Shown: one piece after another, positions 56,301 through 64,000 of the stretch
Layout of the letters: each line of letters starts with the position of its first letter
Position numbering within the stretch: the first letter of the stretch is position 1
Source of the DNA: a bacterium
Lineage (GTDB): Bacteria; Zhuqueibacterota; Zhuqueibacteria; Residuimicrobiales; Krinioviventaceae
Direction: 5' to 3'
NCBI GenBank assembly: GCA_963693055.1
Contig: OY843751.1
Location: forward strand, 2,976,001 to 3,040,000
Length of the DNA: 64,000 nt
Made by a program: the position numbers and the translations under genes
Notes under the pieces: generated by a model
What the model was told of the DNA's origin: nothing
Database searches by the model: none
Seen by the model: the letters and a program-made list of their open reading frames with translations, nothing else

Positions 56301-58856
56301 TTGATAAGATTCACCAAAACTGGCGTTGCCATATTCAAATACATTTTTAATTCCGCAATAACTTTCAAAAGGTGAAAGTGTAACAATTTTAAAATTATCG
56401 GTAAAGCCACCACCTTTTTCATAGACTGTTGAATGCAAAGAACAGCGTACAAGTGCATTAGCCCGATCCAGAGAATCAAAAGTATAGTTGATGATGGTTT
56501 GCCCCTGATCATCAAGATTCTTTTCAATTATATTTTTAAACTGCTGATTGAACGATTTAAGAGGAGATTCAAATATAAAACCAGGAAAAGAGCTGGAAGT
56601 TAAAGACTTGTGTGTTAACACGGCTTCAATTCTGGTTTTCAAATTAGCCGCAGGTGCACCAAAAAGATATTTAGATGTTAAAGTGCCTTTCAAAGCAATT
56701 GGGCGTCCGGAAAGAAAGTCAGGTACATCTGTATATACTTTTAAACGGTTGGGTTTTATAGTCTCTATTTTAAGATTTTTGGAAAAATGTTGATCAGCAA
56801 TATCCAGCATTGCCGTCCAATCCCCTGTGGGATCAGTTAATTCAGTAGGTATAGGAAAATACACATGCCCATTAGGACCGCATTGTGTTTTACGCTCAAG
56901 TACCTGCTGACCTCTTGAATTTTTCACTTTGAGAATAACCGGCTGATTCTCTGGCGGGTTTTTTTTATCAAAACGAATGATTGCAGAAAAATGAACGGTA
57001 TCACCGGGACGATGAACACCTCTATCCGTATACATAAAAGCATCAATTCCGCTTTTTGATCCTGCATGACCGGCAATATCAAAAGAATTCATTTCCCAGC
57101 CAGGATGGTCCAATTTGACCAATGCTATACCGGAATTGTCAATACCATAAAGATATGATCCCTTTTCTTTAAAAAAGACATAACCACTTGAATTGGTAGT
57201 ACCTGTTTCCAAAGGTTTGTTTTGATAACTGTACATAGTCAACTTTAATCCTGATGCCGGCTTGGCAGTCAAAACATCAATTGCCTGCACATGCACTCCA
57301 TCACCGGCTTTTTTAACAGCCAAACCAATGTTGGAGGAAATCAACAACTTGTTGGAATTTCCACGGGAATAATAATAGCCATATTGGGTAGGATTGTTGT
57401 AATAATCATCACCGGAGAAATACAATGTATTATCGGCAATTTCATTTTTACGATTGACCGGTCTTCCGGTAAGGTCATCTTTATTGAAATTTAGTTGTAC
57501 AACAAATGCCGAGTTTTTTTTGTTTTTTAAGATTAGACCAAGATCGAATTCTGTCTTAATCCATTGGTTCTTTTGTGTTGTTATGTCAAGTTTCTTTTCA
57601 TAAATGGTTTCACCAACCCGATTTATATCTCTAAATTCATTATCCCATCCATAGGGATCAGAATTCAGGCTTTTATCTTTGATCAAATTTTCCTGAATAA
57701 AAAAGCCAATATTTTGTGGAAATATCTCGTAGACTTTAACATCCATCCTGGCAATATTAACAGATTTAAATTGTAATTTAAAATCATTGGATGCGGGTAA
57801 ATATACTCCCTTTGAAAGCCATTCGATTTCGGGTTTAATATTATCCAAAGAAAATTTTTGCGTAAAGTCATCTTTTAACAAAGTACCATATATGGATGGG
57901 AATCCTTTAGTAATGGTAATCTGGTATTCTATACCCGGAACAAAAGCACCATTGACTTGCAAATATTTAGACTGGATCTTTAATTTATGTTCAACCTGTG
58001 GAGATATTCTGACAAACCCGGAAAGATCAGTATTCGATTTTATAGGTTCATTAAAGCGAAAACCATAGGTATATAGCTTTGAATCGGGATCGCTCATATC
58101 CATATCACCAACAACCCGAAACTCGTCAATTCCGGCAAGTATAAAAGAGTAAGACCAATCATTATTATCTGCCGTATATGATTTTGGCAATGAGAAAACA
58201 AGACTTTTGCCCTGACGTGTGCGGTTCATTTTTTCGGTTACTACAGCTACCTGATTATTTGCACCGGAAATCTTTAAATCAAAATCAATTTTTCCAGAGG
58301 GTCCCTTAATCGTTAGATCTTTTTTTAGCCGATCAAGTTCTATATCCTGCGAAAATGTAATAACTCCCGCAAATTGAACGACATTCTGCATTTCCGGAAC
58401 CGGTGCAAAATCACCCGTTACATTTACAATTTCCTGCTCCGCAACTTTGAATGTGAATTCAAAATCATCTACCTGTGCTTGTTCGCCAAATGCAATTTTA
58501 CCATTAAACACACCTTTAACTGTTTTACCGGGAGGTAATTGAGTTTCAGCATTAAAAACAATCAGACGCGTATTAAGCCATGTAGCGGTTCCCTTAATTC
58601 GTGGATCAAAAGAAAAAGGATTATGATCCAATTCATTTCCCACAAAATGTTCCGAAACTATAGGATCTCTGAACTGAATTTCTATCCGGGTTTTAGATGA
58701 TACCAAAGAAGGAGGATATTTTACAATTTCGTTCTTTAATTCGATTGTATCCTTTTGCAGGGCAACACCCGGACTTGATTGTTCTTTATGTTGAGGTTTC
58801 TCCTGACATGACAAAAGCAACAAAGCAATAAACAGAAACGCTAACAGTTTTTTCAT
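53355..58856 (-). CDS. Bacterial alpha-2-macroglobulin lipoprotein (YfhM-like)
   Basis: Lipobox LLLSC; TDRGVHRPGD, AIVDEGLL, YPYGCLEQ thioester motif, DIRDDR, EAMYSP. Confidence 0.93.
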   Translation of the reverse strand: MKKLLAFLFIALLLLSCQEKPQHKEQSSPGVALQKDTIELKNEIVKYPPSLVSSKTRIEIQFRDPIVSEHFVGNELDHNPFSFDPRIKGTATWLNTRLIVFNAETQLPPGKTVKGVFNGKIAFGEQAQVDDFEFTFKVAEQEIVNVTGDFAPVPEMQNVVQFAGVITFSQDIELDRLKKDLTIKGPSGKIDFDLKISGANNQVAVVTEKMNRTRQGKSLVFSLPKSYTADNNDWSYSFILAGIDEFRVVGDMDMSDPDSKLYTYGFRFNEPIKSNTDLSGFVRISPQVEHKLKIQSKYLQVNGAFVPGIEYQITITKGFPSIYGTLLKDDFTQKFSLDNIKPEIEWLSKGVYLPASNDFKLQFKSVNIARMDVKVYEIFPQNIGFFIQENLIKDKSLNSDPYGWDNEFRDINRVGETIYEKKLDITTQKNQWIKTEFDLGLILKNKKNSAFVVQLNFNKDDLTGRPVNRKNEIADNTLYFSGDDYYNNPTQYGYYYSRGNSNKLLISSNIGLAVKKAGDGVHVQAIDVLTAKPASGLKLTMYSYQNKPLETGTTNSSGYVFFKEKGSYLYGIDNSGIALVKLDHPGWEMNSFDIAGHAGSKSGIDAFMYTDRGVHRPGDTVHFSAIIRFDKKNPPENQPVILKVKNSRGQQVLERKTQCGPNGHVYFPIPTELTDPTGDWTAMLDIADQHFSKNLKIETIKPNRLKVYTDVPDFLSGRPIALKGTLTSKYLFGAPAANLKTRIEAVLTHKSLTSSSFPGFIFESPLKSFNQQFKNIIEKNLDDQGQTIINYTFDSLDRANALVRCSLHSTVYEKGGGFTDNFKIVTLSPFESYCGIKNVFEYGNASFGESYQIPIVAVDQEGNAVSGRKLKVETFVGQGHWWWHYDDEDRRNFKKASSTFKISTELYTSTNQPFNHSIKIEDYGRHYIEVTDEESGHQTGFFFYVSKWSRGVVAQETDERNFLQISSDQNVYKAGDTAELSFDTPSKGIAVLTIEQGNQVLHHEWKEISGNQTQFKIELNDEMVPNVYASIFIVQPQTQDDNDLPLRMYGVKPIYVENADSRLPLSLSVPESLEPKQDFSVKIHSNASKTSSVTIAIVDEGLLDITAFDTPSPWDYFYQKIMLAVQTLDNFDEIFGMLFPDMDQYFTIGGGMLEEARLKRMDKAQVKRFKPVVLFQEPIEIKPGETLESSFTMPNYVGSVKVMVVGTSGNSYVSLEETIPVKQPLMVLPTVPRVGRPGDTFDLPVTVFAMDERVRDVTVQLSTTSNMTVLDGASKKLTFTNIGDDAVNFKVKVGNRIGADTLIIKAISGEFSADYTVELPVSSPNPYYTDVLDTLLVKGADLVLAPKPFGYEGTNAAKLVFSKIPNLNVDERLQYLIRYPYGCLEQTVSSAFPQLFLDDLINVRDHQKSMITQNVNNAIERLASFKLSRGFSYWPLSSYYRYDYNDWATSYAGHFLILAKRKGYYVPDNLYNHWISSSKQMARTTNILNHRYQSYRLYLLSLAEKPDMGAMNLLRENNLDDLDPLSRKFLATAYYLAGQKEAAKQVDQSQWQIKPYREMGGTYGSDLRDRAMIAYLCLQMDDTKTASFILKKVFDGFSAKSWHSTQETAIVLLAASELYAKTPGNGGDVKFTVSVDGKKFKDVELQQAQQVLDISNALNKQITVTTKSSDPVYVSLQVEGIPVTDRIRTETQGILVDRKFYNEEGYPISVKDLEQGKSFWVIYKVKSEYVGTLEELALSSIFPAGWEIINHRVNGEELPQWVKKNNPASGDYMDIRDDRINWFFDLPKYREVVFAAHLNPTFKGTYRIPPVVVEAMYSPEYYARLAGDETVVK

Positions 58857-58879
58857 GATAATTCCAATGTTAGAATAAA

Positions 58880-59584
58880 TTATTGTTCGGATTTATTATT
58901 CTCAATATCCTGAATAAGATCCAGATTTTCAATGGTTACATGCTCCGGTGCAACAGCACCCCCGGAAACGATAAAAGTCATGGCTTCATCAACAGACCAG
59001 GTTGTAGAGATCACCTTATCCATTGGTACTATTTCAAGATACCCCGAAGTTGGATTTGGAGTTGTAGGGATATATACTGCAGCTAATTTTTGTCCCGTAT
59101 GTTCATCGGTAAAAGTACGAGTTACAAATCCTACAACCTTCATCTCTTTATGAGGAAAGTCAACCAACACAACCCGCTGAACACCGTCGGGTTTTTGTTC
59201 AAGAGCGGAAACAAGTTTTTTTGATGAACCATAAATATTCTTAACAAAAGGTATCTGGTTAACTATGGCATCAAACCAGGACAAAATTCGTTTACCAAAT
59301 ACCTGTGTTGCTACAAATCCTAGAATATTAATTGAAACAATGACAAGTATAATTGCAACAAGTGTTGTAAACCATGGATGTAACAACCAATTTGCTATTT
59401 GAGGAGAATACGGCTGTATTATTGAAACTACCCCTTGAACAGCAGGTTCTCCAACCTTAATTATAAGATCCAGCAAAAACTTGACAATAACAAAGGTAAT
59501 TGCTATGGGTATTATTGTAAGCATACCAGCAATAAAATGCCTTCGAATTTTGGCAAATAACCGGGCTTTATGTTTTTGTATCAT
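58880..59584 (-). CDS. DUF502 membrane protein
   Basis: IPFVKNIY, VYIPTTPNPTSG, AMTFIVSGG; start refined to ATG 59584 (GGAGA RBS). Confidence 0.88.
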   Translation of the reverse strand: MIQKHKARLFAKIRRHFIAGMLTIIPIAITFVIVKFLLDLIIKVGEPAVQGVVSIIQPYSPQIANWLLHPWFTTLVAIILVIVSINILGFVATQVFGKRILSWFDAIVNQIPFVKNIYGSSKKLVSALEQKPDGVQRVVLVDFPHKEMKVVGFVTRTFTDEHTGQKLAAVYIPTTPNPTSGYLEIVPMDKVISTTWSVDEAMTFIVSGGAVAPEHVTIENLDLIQDIENNKSEQ

Positions 59585-59639
59585 TATTTCTCCATTATCG
59601 ACAATATCTGCGCCGGCAAACAACGACTATCCCGGATGT

Positions 59640-60350
59640 TTAATTCTCGGCCTGAGCTCTTAGGTCAGGAAGCAATACAATCTCAATTCTACGATTCTGG
59701 CTGCGACCCTCTGCTGTTTCATTACTGGCAACAGGATGAAATTCAGCAAGACCAACAGACTCGAGACGAGTGGGTTCAATTTCTACAGTTTCTTGCAAGA
59801 AACGAACCACATTTGAGGCTCTCGCATTTGATAGTTCCCAGTTTGTGGGATATTTTAATTTTAATTTTGAACTAATTGGAACATCATCCGTATGGCCTTC
59901 AACCCGTATTATTTTATTTTCAGTATTTTTTAAAACATTCCCCACACGTTCCAAAACTTTAACGCCTTCTAAAGTTATATCAGCTTCACCTGAAGGAAAC
60001 AAAATTTTATCAACCATGCTTACAGATAACCGGTCAGCCATTCGGGTTATTTTAATTTTCCCATCCTCAATCTCTGTTTTCATATCTTCAACCAGCTCAT
60101 CAAAAGTTCCCTTGAGTCTGGAAATTTCATCTTCTTTTTCCCTCGATATCTCAGAGATCTGGGTTTCAAGCTCTTTAACTACTGTTTCCTTTTCAGATTT
60201 CAATTTTTGAATTTCAAAATCTTTTTCCTGAATTTGATCTTTTAAATGATTAATATCATGAGCAATTTTACCATTTTCATTATAGAAATAAAAACCTGCC
60301 AAAGCCAGTAATAGTGCAATAATTGCAACTATTATCAGTGCAATTCTCAT
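59640..60350 (-). CDS. Membrane-anchored OmpA/MotB C-terminal-domain protein
   Basis: N-terminal TM, coiled coil, ILFPSGEA, VEGHTDD, NWELSNARA, NRRIEI. Confidence 0.88.
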   Translation of the reverse strand: MRIALIIVAIIALLLALAGFYFYNENGKIAHDINHLKDQIQEKDFEIQKLKSEKETVVKELETQISEISREKEDEISRLKGTFDELVEDMKTEIEDGKIKITRMADRLSVSMVDKILFPSGEADITLEGVKVLERVGNVLKNTENKIIRVEGHTDDVPISSKLKLKYPTNWELSNARASNVVRFLQETVEIEPTRLESVGLAEFHPVASNETAEGRSQNRRIEIVLLPDLRAQAEN

Positions 60351-60468
60351 AAAGCTCTCCTTTCAAACATGGAAAACAATTAAAGCAAAGTTAAAAGATT
60401 ATCAGGTTAGTATTCTTGACATAAAACACAAGATTGGTAAAAAATATTCAGATTTAACAAAAAAAAGA

Positions 60469-60711
60469 TTATTCAAACAAATCCCCCTGAATATCAGACG
60501 ACTTGTTTGATGATTGAGATTTCAAAGTTTCAATTCGTTCTTCAAGCGCTTCAATTATAAGATAATGATCTCCGGACATGAGCTTGCAATCAAATTTATT
60601 TTCAAGATCGGCAAGCGTTTCATCCAAATTCAAATAGCATATTTGCAGCGCTTTTAAATCATGAAATTTAGACCAGTATTGGTCCCAGTTGGGTAAACGT
60701 GTTTTGGCCAT
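60469..60711 (-). CDS. Small hypothetical protein with C-terminal QGDLF motif
   Basis: AGGAG RBS, ATG start, 22 nt after the M23 gene; 80 aa. Confidence 0.65.
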   Translation of the reverse strand: MAKTRLPNWDQYWSKFHDLKALQICYLNLDETLADLENKFDCKLMSGDHYLIIEALEERIETLKSQSSNKSSDIQGDLFE

Positions 60712-60733
60712 GTTTAGCTCCTAACAGAATGCA

Positions 60734-62803
60734 TCAATCTATCCAAAAGGTGTGTTTACGGGTAGCGATGTTTCCGCAACGATCTTTAACAAACAATTCC
60801 AGGGTATGCATTCCTTTTTTTAAATTGTGTTTCGGTTTATAAGTCAAAGTCAGATGTTCAGGATCGTAAACAGCAATCACCTTCCTTCCATCCAACTTTA
60901 TTATCCGGTCTTTTTCATCATCAATTCCAGATAATGTATCTTTAATTACAGCTTTGAATACAGGTCTGAGGTTGGTTAAACGGCTGTTATTACCGGGATA
61001 AAAATACATAATATCCGGTTTTTCATCGTCAATGATCAGTGCATGTGTACCAAACGTTCCCACATGTCCACCAACTGAATGGTTAGAGCGATCATATTCA
61101 CTACCAAAATATCGCCACGATTTACTACCGCTCTTGTAATAAATACCAACCTTTTCAGCAGGTACGTCAAGCTGATTCATCTTGATCATGACATGAGCAC
61201 CTTTAAACAAGGGTACATCTTTGGGATCAATACTGTAAATATTACTGGCAAATTTGTATTTACTTGTATCAACTGCTTTAGTCTTTTCAGCCCGGACAAA
61301 TACAGGTTTATATAAAGAGTTATACGAGAAAGATATTGTACAGGAATCATCCGGAATAGTGATGGTTTTATTGGTTCTGAAAGGAATGGTTACAAAATCT
61401 ATGCTCTCACGTTGTCGTAAAAATTCATACAAATCTCCACCCAAAACACTCAAAGTTATAGGTCCCTCATCATGTGACGATAACGGAATAGCACCAATAA
61501 ACTTGTTTTGTATTTTGGATAAAGATAAAGGATGTGATACATTGTTTGCAAAACGATATGTAACGGCAATAGAATCAGGCAGTTTGATAACAGGTGTCAA
61601 TTCCAAACGTAGGTGACTATCATAAAACTGGTGTTCAATATTGAAAAATTGAGTATCAGGACAGGTGAGATGATTTGCCAACAATAAATCGGTATTGTGT
61701 ATACTGTTTTGTACCACAGAATTATCTTTAACAAGTAATTTGCCAATAACCTGACTGGTATTTCCCCAAAAATCTTTAGCAACAATTCTAAAAGAATGCT
61801 CACTTCCACTTATTATTCGAGTTCCTGCAAAAGATTGATAATCAACATTTTCATCTTTTGTAAAATAAACAACTCCATAATAAGAATCATTATCCGCATA
61901 AAACGGTAATGTATTTCCAATATCACGGTAAAGCTTGTAGAAAAATCCCATTCCCCACTGGTTTAACCTAAATTCACGGTCAAGAATTGCCAAATGATTT
62001 TCATTATATGAAAATTTGCTATAAACCGAAGAAAAGATCAACTTGTCATCAATGTACAGTTGGTTTTTAAAGGTACCAAATTTATTAGTAATTTGGTCCA
62101 TTTGATCAAACGCATCAACACCAAAAGCTACCAAACCATTTACAATAATTGGTGAACTCAGGGTATAATATTGAGATTCCAAACGCTGGGTTCTGTATAC
62201 GCGGGGTTTATAATCATAATTAACTGTTGAAAAAGCATCCATAGGTACAAGAGCAACTTTGGTTATCTCAGGGGCAGTAAAATCTACAACCTTGTAACCT
62301 TTTTGCAAAGGATTTATAGGCCTGCCAGAAGCATCTCGCATTTCAAAATGCAGGTGCGGGTAACCAATACCGGTTTGACCGGAATATCCTATTACATCAC
62401 CCTTTTTAAAAGGAAACTGATCCGGCTTACAAAATGTCTGAACTTCGTAATTATCCCGATCTAATTGAACTTGCCAGATATAATCCTCAAGTTCATCATT
62501 AAAACGTTCAAGGTGGCCATAAACAACTGTTTCTCCTGTATCCAATGTCAGGTATAAAGCCTTACCATATCCAAAGGGTGAAACGCGAATACGAGAAATA
62601 TATCCATCGCGAATGGCAAAGATTTCATAACCTGTTTTTCCCCAGGTTTTTATATCTATACCCGCATGAAATCTTCCGGGTCTGTATTCAGCAAAACTTG
62701 AAGTCAACGCACGACTGGCATCAGTTGGCCATCGGTATTCATCTTCCTGAGCATTTAAAAAAGTAACGAGAAGGATAATTAAAAGTGGTAGTATTTTTTT
62801 CAT
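60734..62803 (-). CDS. M23-family metallopeptidase
   Basis: Signal peptide; FHAGIDI, YGHL, SGQTG..PHLHFE Zn motifs; C-terminal Ig-like domains. Confidence 0.88.
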   Translation of the reverse strand: MKKILPLLIILLVTFLNAQEDEYRWPTDASRALTSSFAEYRPGRFHAGIDIKTWGKTGYEIFAIRDGYISRIRVSPFGYGKALYLTLDTGETVVYGHLERFNDELEDYIWQVQLDRDNYEVQTFCKPDQFPFKKGDVIGYSGQTGIGYPHLHFEMRDASGRPINPLQKGYKVVDFTAPEITKVALVPMDAFSTVNYDYKPRVYRTQRLESQYYTLSSPIIVNGLVAFGVDAFDQMDQITNKFGTFKNQLYIDDKLIFSSVYSKFSYNENHLAILDREFRLNQWGMGFFYKLYRDIGNTLPFYADNDSYYGVVYFTKDENVDYQSFAGTRIISGSEHSFRIVAKDFWGNTSQVIGKLLVKDNSVVQNSIHNTDLLLANHLTCPDTQFFNIEHQFYDSHLRLELTPVIKLPDSIAVTYRFANNVSHPLSLSKIQNKFIGAIPLSSHDEGPITLSVLGGDLYEFLRQRESIDFVTIPFRTNKTITIPDDSCTISFSYNSLYKPVFVRAEKTKAVDTSKYKFASNIYSIDPKDVPLFKGAHVMIKMNQLDVPAEKVGIYYKSGSKSWRYFGSEYDRSNHSVGGHVGTFGTHALIIDDEKPDIMYFYPGNNSRLTNLRPVFKAVIKDTLSGIDDEKDRIIKLDGRKVIAVYDPEHLTLTYKPKHNLKKGMHTLELFVKDRCGNIATRKHTFWID

Positions 62804-64000
62804 AATTCGTCGAGTATTTGTGCCAGATAACGGGTTTGTGATTTTCGATCAAATTGTTTAACAAACATTTGATCAGTGGTTTTCATTTCCAAATTTTGGG
62901 TTAAAAGTAAAACAAGATTATTTTTAATTTGTGTAATATCATTCGGATTTGATAATAAAGCCAGTGAATAATCTTTTAATAATACAAAAGTATCAGTAAC
63001 ATTGCTGATACATATAATGGGTTTAAATGAACCCAAATATTCAAAAGTCTTGCCGGGTATAAATGTATCTTGGGCTGTGCCTGTTGCAATCAATAACAAA
63101 GCATTCGAAGCTTTAACATAAGCGATAGCATCATTGTGCTGTTGAAATCCAACAATTTCTATACAGTCTGCAATGTTATACTTGTTTGCCAGGTTACTCA
63201 GGTTACCTGTTACATCTTTGCCAACAAACCGAATTAATAATCTTTGATACAGTTCGGGAGTTTCTCTTTTCAACAAATCCAGCGCTTTGAAAAAAGGTTC
63301 AGGATCGCTGAATTTTGAAATCACACCACTGTAGGTTATTATGTACTTTTCTGCAGGATTTCCATCATCACCTTTAAAATCATCAGGATCATAGCCATTT
63401 GTTATAAGGTAATGTTTTTGGTTAGGATTAATGTCAGCAAAAACTTTTTGAATTCCTTCAGAAACACTAATGACTGCATCAGCAGAATGAATAACAGAAC
63501 GCTGATATTTTTGATGTAAATAACGCTGTATGAATGTAGGCTCGTATACTACATGCCCACCAGCCCAATCGTCCCTGAAATCAGCAATCCAGGAGATATT
63601 GAACTTTTTCTTGATTTTCATTGCTAGCAGATGTGTAGAATGCGGTGGTCCGGTAGAAATTACAGCATCAAAAGATTCATCAGAAAACAATTTGCAAATT
63701 TTTCGAAAAGCCAACCAATTCCAAAGAATTTTAGTATCCGGAATACAAAAAAAAGCAAATACCTTTTGATTCAGAAATTGCATCAATGATGATGGTTTCA
63801 TTTCAGCACCAACAGTAGATGTATTTTGGGCAGGTTTCATTTTGTACAACAATCTCTGCGGATCCCATGAACCGGTACGAATAACCCTGATGTTTTTCAA
63901 ATCATCCAATAGAGAAGCATCTTTGGCCCAATAAAGAATATCTTTCACAGTAATGACAGTTGGCTCCCAATTATTATGAGGAAGGTATTTCACAAATTTG
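62800..64000 (-). CDS. Glycosyltransferase family 4 (N-terminus beyond the window edge)
   Basis: Reading frame open to the edge (KFVKYLP); STGPPHS, ADFRDDW, ITNGYD, PGKTFEYL. Confidence 0.85.
   Translation of the reverse strand, partial: KFVKYLPHNNWEPTVITVKDILYWAKDASLLDDLKNIRVIRTGSWDPQRLLYKMKPAQNTSTVGAEMKPSSLMQFLNQKVFAFFCIPDTKILWNWLAFRKICKLFSDESFDAVISTGPPHSTHLLAMKIKKKFNISWIADFRDDWAGGHVVYEPTFIQRYLHQKYQRSVIHSADAVISVSEGIQKVFADINPNQKHYLITNGYDPDDFKGDDGNPAEKYIITYSGVISKFSDPEPFFKALDLLKRETPELYQRLLIRFVGKDVTGNLSNLANKYNIADCIEIVGFQQHNDAIAYVKASNALLLIATGTAQDTFIPGKTFEYLGSFKPIICISNVTDTFVLLKDYSLALLSNPNDITQIKNNLVLLLTQNLEMKTTDQMFVKQFDRKSQTRYLAQILDEL

Noticed and set aside
59640-60350. Flagellar stator MotB
   Set aside because: No motA, and the TM segment lacks the conserved Asp-containing motif; only the peptidoglycan-binding domain is shared.
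100-63769. Numerous 60-150 aa ORFs antisense to or nested in long genes (e.g. 5188-5550, 41369-41821, 59770-60210)
   Set aside because: They lie wholly within well-supported CDSs and show no motifs; these are expected shadow frames.

Overview
AT-rich bacterial chromosomal segment with about 52 CDS. C-terminal T9SS/FlgD-like sorting domains and the gene repertoire suggest an FCB-group, KSB1/Calditrichota-like diderm; this is inference. No rRNA, tRNA or CRISPR array was recognised. The best candidate for an undescribed system is the TrmB-led operon at 22-8737 (-). It couples lysine-catabolic-type enzymes (omega-aminotransferase, ALDH7-type 2-aminoadipate-semialdehyde dehydrogenase) to homoisocitrate-dehydrogenase-like and homoaconitase-like enzymes. 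In place of homocitrate synthase it carries a family III CoA-transferase and an HMG-CoA-lyase-type lyase, which suggests an alpha-aminoadipate pathway run in reverse with homocitryl-CoA cleavage. Other notable loci: a long KamA-family aminomutase with glutamate-aminomutase-type residues; an LPP20/FlgP + TPR-SLH + FlgT + CsgG envelope operon with no flagellar genes nearby; a second TPR-CsgG/barrel/lipoprotein unit; an intact IS4-family element inserted between the RBS and ATG of a secreted-protein gene that is also frameshifted; a pdaD-DHS-like-speB polyamine operon; a Cus-type efflux operon with a Cys-rich leader ORF; and alpha-2-macroglobulin/pbpC. Family assignments come from motifs recognised by eye, not from database searches.
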